Shown here: one piece after another, positions 5,901-11,173 of the stretch
Layout of the letters: every line of letters begins with the position of its first letter
Position numbering within the stretch: position 1 is the first letter of the stretch
Assembly (NCBI GenBank): GCA_964507075.1
Contig: CAZDOL010000005.1
Coordinates: 12,164-23,336, forward strand
Reading direction: 5' to 3'
Source of the DNA: an uncultured Gammaproteobacteria bacterium
GTDB lineage: Bacteria > Patescibacteriota > Patescibacteriia > UBA2591 > UBA6264
Length of the DNA: 11,173 nt
Made by a program: the position numbers and the translations under genes
The notes under the pieces: generated by a model
Told to the model about the DNA's origin: nothing
Seen by the model: only the letters and a program-made list of their open reading frames with translations
The model's database searches: none

Positions 5901-8839
5901 TATATTCTATAATCACAAATATTATAAAAATCGCAATATTTGCACAATTGACTAGGATTTGGAGAGAAATCGCTCTTTTCAATTTGTTTAATCCTCTCGG
6001 TTAATTTTTCCCGCATTTTCTCCAATTCTTCGGGTTGAGCCGAGAAAAATACTTTTTCTCCGCTTTCTAAATAATAATAAGTTAAAAGGTTAACTGGCTT
6101 TTGAAATAGAGAATTTAAGGATTGAGAGGCCAATTGATAAATCAAAAGCTGTTCCTTGTCTTCGGCTGTTAATTTACTTTTTGGATTGCCCGTTTTGTAA
6201 TCTATTAGCTCTAGGCCCCCTTTCACAACATCTACTCTATCTATTTTGCCCTTAATCCAGTATTCTCCTAATTTAAAAACAAAATTCTGTTCCACTCCTA
6301 TGACTTGAGGAGGATTCTTAATAAAATCTTCATAAAAATCTTTTAAAATCCTTTTTCCTTTATCTTTGTATTCTTTTCTTTGTTCTTCGCTGTCATACCA
6401 ATCTTCGTTCCATGATTTTTGATATATTTTTAGCAAATCTTTTAATTCCAAGGTATTTTTTTTCTCTGGCTTATCTTTTTTTTCAATAAATAAATTTGTT
6501 TGCACCGCTCCTTTGCCAGCGAGCCATTGCTTAACAAAAATCTGCAAAGTATTGTGAATGGTATTTCCAAAACTAAAAGCTGGTTTTCCTTGTCGTGGAA
6601 GACGAAGTATGAAAGAAAATTTGTATTGCAAGGGACACTTTTGAAAAGCGCTTAGCTGAGAAAAACTAAATTTACTTGGCAAATATATTTTTTCCTTTTC
6701 ATCAACCAATAGGGTCTTTTCGTTGCGCATATAATGGCCAAGAGATGTTAGCCCTGTAAATTTTTGTTTTTCTTCTAATTTTAATTCTTCTAAAAAACGA
6801 GATAATTTTTTCGTAATTTTTCCACCATAATCCTCAGCTGATGTCAAAAATAGTCCGTCTTTGGCACGAGTTAATGCTACATAAAAAAGTCTTCTTTCTT
6901 CCTGTAAATGAACATCTCCTTCTGGAATTGATTCCTTGATTAATTCCAAGGGCAATTCAATTGCCTCTCTTCTGTGAATTGAAGGAAAACGACGGTCCAC
7001 TAAATTAACCACAAAAACCCATCTAAATTCTAATCCTTTGGCGCTGTGCACAGTGGTTATTTTAACTGCTTCTGGGCCAGAGTCTGTTTCAGATGACATA
7101 GACCCAGTATCGCCAGTATCAATCATCAAATCAATCATTTTATTGAAATTGGGCAAAGATTTGTCAAAATTAGCTTCTTCAAAACTCTCTGCTTTCTTAA
7201 AAAATTGATTAAGCCAAAAAATGCTTTGTTGTCCATCCTTCTTTTTAGACAAAATATTCAAATAACCGCTCTCTTGCAGGAATGCGTAGATAATCTTAGT
7301 AATGTTTTCGTTTTTAGCCAATTCAGTGTGTTTTTCAATCATATTTAAAAATTTGACAATTTCTCCAATTGTTTTTTCTGACAATCCTGGGATAATACTA
7401 GCATTTTTCATGGCCTGATAAAAAGACCAACTTTTTTTATTAGCAAAATAGATAAAATTGGACAAATCCTCGTGACTAATCTTTTGATTAAAAATAGGGG
7501 AAGAAAATAAACGATAAATAGATGTGCTTTCTCTATAATTATCCAGCAACCTTAAATAGGCCAAAATATCTAAAATGACTGGTTTGGAAAATAGCCCTCT
7601 GTGAGCTAAAAACTGATAAGGAATATTAGCAAAATGCAGGGCTTGACAAAACATTTCCGCGTGTTTATTCGCGCGAACTAAAATAGCAAAATCATTCCAA
7701 GTAGAATCAGAATTTTCTTTCTTTAAATCAATAATCTTTTTGATAACTAAGCTGGTCTCGTCCTCTTTGGTTTTAGCGTGAAAATGCCTGATTTCAGCTT
7801 TTCCTTTTCTTTCTGCCTCAAGCTTTTTGATTATTCCTTTGTATTGCGCCTCCAAACGAGCAGGATTATTGGCCTGGATAAAGTTATAAGATAGGTCTAA
7901 AATATTTTGAAAAGAACGATAATTTTTAATTAAAACGATTTGTTTTGATTTGGGATAATCTTTTTTAAATTGCAAAACATTATTATATGAGGACCCCCGG
8001 AAACGATATACAGATTGGTCATCATCAAAAACTACCGTAATATTATTTTTGGGCTCTAACAACATCTTAAGTAATTCATACTGAGCCCAATTAGTGTCTT
8101 GAAACTCATCAACTAATATATATTTAAATTGCTTTCTGTATTTTTCTAAAATCTGAGGACGATTTTTGAAAAGCTGAATAGTGTAATTAATTAAATCGCC
8201 AAAATCAAGCGCGTTATTGTCTAAAAGCAACTGCTGATAAGTATGATAAGCTTGAGATACTTCTTGTGCCCTGGCCGCTTCTTGGTTAAGGGCTTCGCCA
8301 GACATTGAAGAATCATTATTAAGCTTAAGGTTTTCAGCATAAGACAAATAATCAACAGGAGTAATCAATTCATCTTTAGCGCGAGAAAAATGCTTCATCA
8401 GAGCGGAAATAAATTTAGTGGGATTTCCTAAGGGACGATAATAATCAAGATTAAATTTATTAAAATTTTGCTGAACCAAAAAGGCCTGTTGGGTTTCGTC
8501 CAATAATTTAAAATCAATAGGCAAACCAATATCTAAAGCGTGCTCTTCTAAAATCCTTTGACAGAAAGAATGAAAAGTAGAAATCCAAAGCTCAACATAG
8601 CCATAGGGTAAGAGCCTATCAACCCTTTCTTCCATTTCCTGAGAAGCTTTGTCAGTGAAAGTCAAAGCCAAAATTTCTTCTGGTTTCGCCAACTTTTGCT
8701 CAATCAACCAAGCAATACGTCGAGTAATAACAGTTGTTTTGCCTGTGCCAGCACCAGCAATAATCAAACAAGGACCATTTTTAAAAGTCACTGCTTGTTT
8801 CTGTTCTGTATTCAAATTTTCTAAAACATTCTTTTTCAT
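5900..8839 (-). CDS. UvrD/PcrA-type SF1 ATP-dependent DNA helicase fused to a C-terminal Cas4/AddB-like 4-Cys PD-(D/E)XK nuclease
   Basis: All SF1A helicase motifs are present. They are Q-motif LNTEQKQAV, I AGAGTGKT (8735-8755), Ia ILALTFTDKASQEM, TFHSFC, II ILVDEFQDTN and III VVFDDDQSVYRFRGS. They continue with IV IKNYRS, AILVRAN, V TTVHSAKGLEF and VI ERRLFYVALTRAKDGLFL. The nuclease module (~5903-6690) has FSFSQLSAFQKCPLQYKF (Cys at 6635-6637), GKIDRVD...LELIDYKTG (6189-6251), QLLIYQLA and C-terminal CKYCDFYNIC (5915-5944). That gives the C...CxxCx5C pattern of [4Fe-4S] nucleases. Confidence 0.92.
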   Translation of the reverse strand: MKKNVLENLNTEQKQAVTFKNGPCLIIAGAGTGKTTVITRRIAWLIEQKLAKPEEILALTFTDKASQEMEERVDRLLPYGYVELWISTFHSFCQRILEEHALDIGLPIDFKLLDETQQAFLVQQNFNKFNLDYYRPLGNPTKFISALMKHFSRAKDELITPVDYLSYAENLKLNNDSSMSGEALNQEAARAQEVSQAYHTYQQLLLDNNALDFGDLINYTIQLFKNRPQILEKYRKQFKYILVDEFQDTNWAQYELLKMLLEPKNNITVVFDDDQSVYRFRGSSYNNVLQFKKDYPKSKQIVLIKNYRSFQNILDLSYNFIQANNPARLEAQYKGIIKKLEAERKGKAEIRHFHAKTKEDETSLVIKKIIDLKKENSDSTWNDFAILVRANKHAEMFCQALHFANIPYQFLAHRGLFSKPVILDILAYLRLLDNYRESTSIYRLFSSPIFNQKISHEDLSNFIYFANKKSWSFYQAMKNASIIPGLSEKTIGEIVKFLNMIEKHTELAKNENITKIIYAFLQESGYLNILSKKKDGQQSIFWLNQFFKKAESFEEANFDKSLPNFNKMIDLMIDTGDTGSMSSETDSGPEAVKITTVHSAKGLEFRWVFVVNLVDRRFPSIHRREAIELPLELIKESIPEGDVHLQEERRLFYVALTRAKDGLFLTSAEDYGGKITKKLSRFLEELKLEEKQKFTGLTSLGHYMRNEKTLLVDEKEKIYLPSKFSFSQLSAFQKCPLQYKFSFILRLPRQGKPAFSFGNTIHNTLQIFVKQWLAGKGAVQTNLFIEKKDKPEKKNTLELKDLLKIYQKSWNEDWYDSEEQRKEYKDKGKRILKDFYEDFIKNPPQVIGVEQNFVFKLGEYWIKGKIDRVDVVKGGLELIDYKTGNPKSKLTAEDKEQLLIYQLASQSLNSLFQKPVNLLTYYYLESGEKVFFSAQPEELEKMREKLTERIKQIEKSDFSPNPSQLCKYCDFYNICDYRI

Positions 8840-8842
8840 GCT

Positions 8843-9544
8843 CTACTCTAAATTTATTTTTTTTCTAACTCGTGGAGTTGATTTGATGATATTTATTGCG
8901 AACCCAAGAATAGACTCCAGTTTAGATTTAGGAATTCCTTTAACAGAAATGTCAAATTCGTATGCAGATGCATAGTCATGCAAGCGTCTATAAGATTTAG
9001 TTTTAAAATCAAATTTCTTTTCAAATCCGCTAACAAATCTGTATGTGTGTGGTTTGCTTTCGTATATACCAAAATCCCAAAGTTCATTTATGTGAATTTT
9101 ATATTTAAAATCATTCATTTTTTTTACTCTTATTCCTATATGGTCTCCGTAAGCACTTTCTTTTTCGTCGGTAATCCAATCTTGTTTGCCATAAAAAGCC
9201 CCAAAATTTTTAACACGTTGTTGTATTTTTTCTATTATCTCTTCCGTTTTTTCGCTCATAAAATCAATTGGAAATTCCTTGGCTTTTTCGGCTTTTTCTT
9301 TTAGAATCTCATAATTTTTCGCAAGTATTTCTGATTGTTCATAAATTTTATAATATCTATCATCATTTACCATATCAATTTGTCCCAACATTTCATATAA
9401 TTTAGTAGCTTCTGACCTCAAATTTGATTTTTCTGGAAATAATAATGTTCCTTTTCTCGTCCACAATATTATTTCTTTGCATAATGCAATGACTTCTTTT
9501 TCTTTACTGCCTAAGTTTTCGTAGTACTTTTTAAATGTTTCCAT
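8843..9544 (-). CDS. Hypothetical protein (233 aa), translationally coupled to the helicase-nuclease
   Basis: The ORF fills the space between its neighbours exactly. Its TAG stop (8843-8845) is 3 nt from the helicase ATG (8839), and its ATG (9544) is 3 nt from the upstream TAA. The N-terminal half is helical and charged; the C-terminal half is aromatic and Lys-rich (WDFGIYESKPHTYRFVSGFEKKFDFKTKSYRRLHDYASAYEF). There is no TM segment and no motif I recognise. Confidence 0.72.
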   Translation of the reverse strand: METFKKYYENLGSKEKEVIALCKEIILWTRKGTLLFPEKSNLRSEATKLYEMLGQIDMVNDDRYYKIYEQSEILAKNYEILKEKAEKAKEFPIDFMSEKTEEIIEKIQQRVKNFGAFYGKQDWITDEKESAYGDHIGIRVKKMNDFKYKIHINELWDFGIYESKPHTYRFVSGFEKKFDFKTKSYRRLHDYASAYEFDISVKGIPKSKLESILGFAINIIKSTPRVRKKINLE

Positions 9545-9547
9545 ATT

Positions 9548-10318
9548 TTAATGCTTTTTTATGCGTAACATATTTTTAAAATACGCCCAATGCCATGAGA
9601 TATGAAATATTGAAATTACAAACATTGCTATGCCAATTTCAACATGCCAAAACAGAATATTAAAAGGCAATGGAATTATTGAACCAAAATTAATTCTCAC
9701 AATTAATAAAATACCTAATATTCCAGAAATTAAAAATGTAATAAGTAATAAAATATTCCAAATTTTCCTGTGAGTTATAATCTTAATAATTTTTTTCTTA
9801 GATAAGATATGACTAATAAAATATAAAACGATTAGAAATAAAGAAATTGACAAAAGATGATAAACTCCTTTATTTTCCTCTTCATTCGCCTCTACCACAT
9901 CTATTGGCGTCCCAAGTTTTATGGATGCGGCAATACCTTTCACTATGCTTGGCTCCATACCATAATTATCATGCAAAAGTTGAAAAGAATAATTAGGATT
10001 TATTTTTGAACCATAATATTCTGATAATTTTTCTGCATACTTATTCGCCTCAATTTGATAAATTTCAGCAACCTCACTCACAGTTTTTGATTTTAATTCA
10101 CTGCCACTTATCAAATTATCAACATTTTCTTCCGAAACTCGGACCCTGCTCTCAGGAGCTGGCTGAGAGTGGTCGCATATTCCGTCATTATCAGTATCTA
10201 TAAATAACTCGCATTCCTCGTCACATAGAGTTTTTCCTACTGGACAATCTTCCCACGCCAAAGCTACTGCAGGGATTAGAGATAGTAAAGGCAAAACAAA
10301 GATTATTTTTTTCATCAT
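9548..10318 (-). CDS. Secreted/membrane protein: signal peptide, Cys-rich DxDxDG segment, soluble domain, and a C-terminal 3-TM His-bearing module (possibly DUF4405/cytochrome-b-like)
   Basis: Signal peptide MMKKIIFVLPLLSLIPAVALA (10256-10318). It is followed by WEDCPVGKTLCDEECELFIDTDNDGICD, where DTDNDGICD (10172-10198) matches a thrombospondin-type-3/DxDxDG Ca-binding loop. There are three TM helices at residues ~152-173, 186-207 and 221-246 (DNA 9581-9865). They carry H154, H170, H225, H239 and H243, including WHVEIGIAMFVISIFHISWHW. Confidence 0.8.
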   Translation of the reverse strand: MMKKIIFVLPLLSLIPAVALAWEDCPVGKTLCDEECELFIDTDNDGICDHSQPAPESRVRVSEENVDNLISGSELKSKTVSEVAEIYQIEANKYAEKLSEYYGSKINPNYSFQLLHDNYGMEPSIVKGIAASIKLGTPIDVVEANEEENKGVYHLLSISLFLIVLYFISHILSKKKIIKIITHRKIWNILLLITFLISGILGILLIVRINFGSIIPLPFNILFWHVEIGIAMFVISIFHISWHWAYFKNMLRIKKH

Positions 10319-10328
10319 AATATTTTAG

Positions 10329-11036
10329 CTATTTATTAACATTGACATTTGGAGACTTAGTCTCCAATTCTTTGAGTTTCTTCTTCCACCATTCTTTCAC
10401 GGCTTTTGTATGAACCTTAGGACCTGCCTTTCTGAGAAAAGTAATTCTTTCTTTAAATAATTTATGATGTTTTTTTAAATTTTCTGGATTCTGAAGCGCC
10501 CACAAAGAATGATTTAACTCTGCTTTTTCTTTTTTGGCTAAAAATTCAAGAGAAATGTATCTGTTTGATGATATATCAAAATCAATTGGAATTACTTTAA
10601 AATTATGATTTTTATTTAGTATTTTTTTAGCAAGAATTTTTATTCTTTTTTCTCGTGTTTGCTCGCAAAAAATATATAAATTAGATTTTCTAATTTTTCT
10701 TTTTTGAATGATTTTTTGACAATTTAAAAGATTTTCTAAAGTTGAAAGAGGGTTTTTTCCTAATACAAAGGACCAATCTTTTGTTATTTCTTTCAAGAAT
10801 AATCTTTTACTTAGCTTCTCTAATAATTTAACCATTTCACCTGCCTCGCTCCTCTTATACGGTTTAAACATATCTGTTCTCCCGCCACTACAAATAATTA
10901 CAGGAGATTTTGCTTTGTTTTTGGTTACTAAATCATAAATCTTATTAAAAACCGTTTTTAAATAAAAATTATAATTTTCATCCTTGAGGATATTTTTGGG
11001 TATCCCGTATCCTAAAATTAGAAAAACATTTCTCAT
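10329..11036 (-). CDS. DUF218 / YdcF-ElyC-SanA-like family protein
   Basis: The conserved DUF218 landmarks appear in order: FLILGYG, PVIICSGG, SEAGEMVKLL, LSTLENL (compare S-x-nT-x-EN) and LYIFCEQTREKRIKILA. The C-terminal ~70 aa are Lys-rich and unrecognised. The ATG at 11034-11036 overlaps the upstream TGA (ATGA). Confidence 0.62.
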   Translation of the reverse strand: MRNVFLILGYGIPKNILKDENYNFYLKTVFNKIYDLVTKNKAKSPVIICSGGRTDMFKPYKRSEAGEMVKLLEKLSKRLFLKEITKDWSFVLGKNPLSTLENLLNCQKIIQKRKIRKSNLYIFCEQTREKRIKILAKKILNKNHNFKVIPIDFDISSNRYISLEFLAKKEKAELNHSLWALQNPENLKKHHKLFKERITFLRKAGPKVHTKAVKEWWKKKLKELETKSPNVNVNK

Positions 11037-11173
11037 ATAATTAATTTAAATAATTTTTGGGCATTAGTGGTTGTTGTCTTGTCTACGTCTTCAAGAGAAA
11101 TATCTTTTATCTCCGCAATTTTTTGAGCAGTGAATAAAACATAACCAGGTTCATTCCGTTCTCCTCTATGTGG
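11033..11173 (-). CDS. tatD: TatD-family metal-dependent hydrolase, C-terminal 46 codons (5' part outside the window)
   Basis: Not in the supplied ORF track. The minus strand read from 11173 translates as PHRGERNEPGYVLFTAQKIAEIKDISLEDVDKTTTTNAQKLFKLII*. This matches the conserved TatD C-terminus (P-x-RG-x-RNEP-x-x-V...IA...E...T-x-x-N-A-x-x-LF). The TGA stop is at 11033-11035. Confidence 0.75.
   Translation of the reverse strand, partial: PHRGERNEPGYVLFTAQKIAEIKDISLEDVDKTTTTNAQKLFKLII

Noticed and set aside
8649-9304. ORFs 8649-8975 (+), 8893-9087 (-) and 8978-9304 (+)
   Set aside because: They are antisense or out of frame relative to the helicase and the 233-aa gene, whose boundaries interlock precisely with their neighbours. 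Their composition is F/K/I-rich, typical of AT-rich off-frame translation.
10006-10203. Plus-strand 65-aa ORF
   Set aside because: It is antisense within the signal-peptide/TM protein CDS, with no independent support.
83-11035. Alternative genetic code (UGA recoded, as in Mycoplasma or some CPR lineages)
   Set aside because: TGA terminates rpsB exactly where S2 homology ends, after its Lys-rich tail. TGA also terminates tatD at the conserved C-terminus. The long ORFs are intact under the standard code.

Overview
Visibly AT-rich bacterial chromosomal window with very little non-coding DNA. It holds 9 protein-coding genes, 8 of them on the minus strand. I found no rRNA, tRNA, CRISPR array or transposase/integrase. 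TGA is used as a stop codon (rpsB, tatD), so the standard bacterial code applies. The gene content (S2, TatD, DUF218, mixed-function tight operons, a giant charged membrane protein, a small acidic helical protein) suggests an uncultivated small-genome bacterium such as CPR/Patescibacteria; that is inference only. Minus-strand order, right to left: the 3' end of a TatD-family hydrolase, a DUF218/YdcF-like protein, a secreted Cys/Asp-rich protein with a His-bearing 3-TM C-terminus, a 233-aa unknown, and a 979-aa UvrD/PcrA-type helicase fused to a Cas4/AddB-like 4-Cys PD-(D/E)XK nuclease. These five are joined by a 4-nt overlap and gaps of 10, 3 and 3 nt. A near-consensus promoter follows and drives a 1237-aa polytopic giant protein plus a 105-aa acidic partner, ending at a perfect bidirectional terminator. 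Next comes a plus-strand monocistronic cassette (strong promoter, AGGAGG, terminator) encoding a membrane-anchored protein with seven IxxNTxx heptads. Ribosomal protein S2 is transcribed divergently from it. The best candidates for something undescribed are the giant-protein/partner unit, the unknown-plus-helicase-nuclease pair, and the N@d coiled-coil surface protein.
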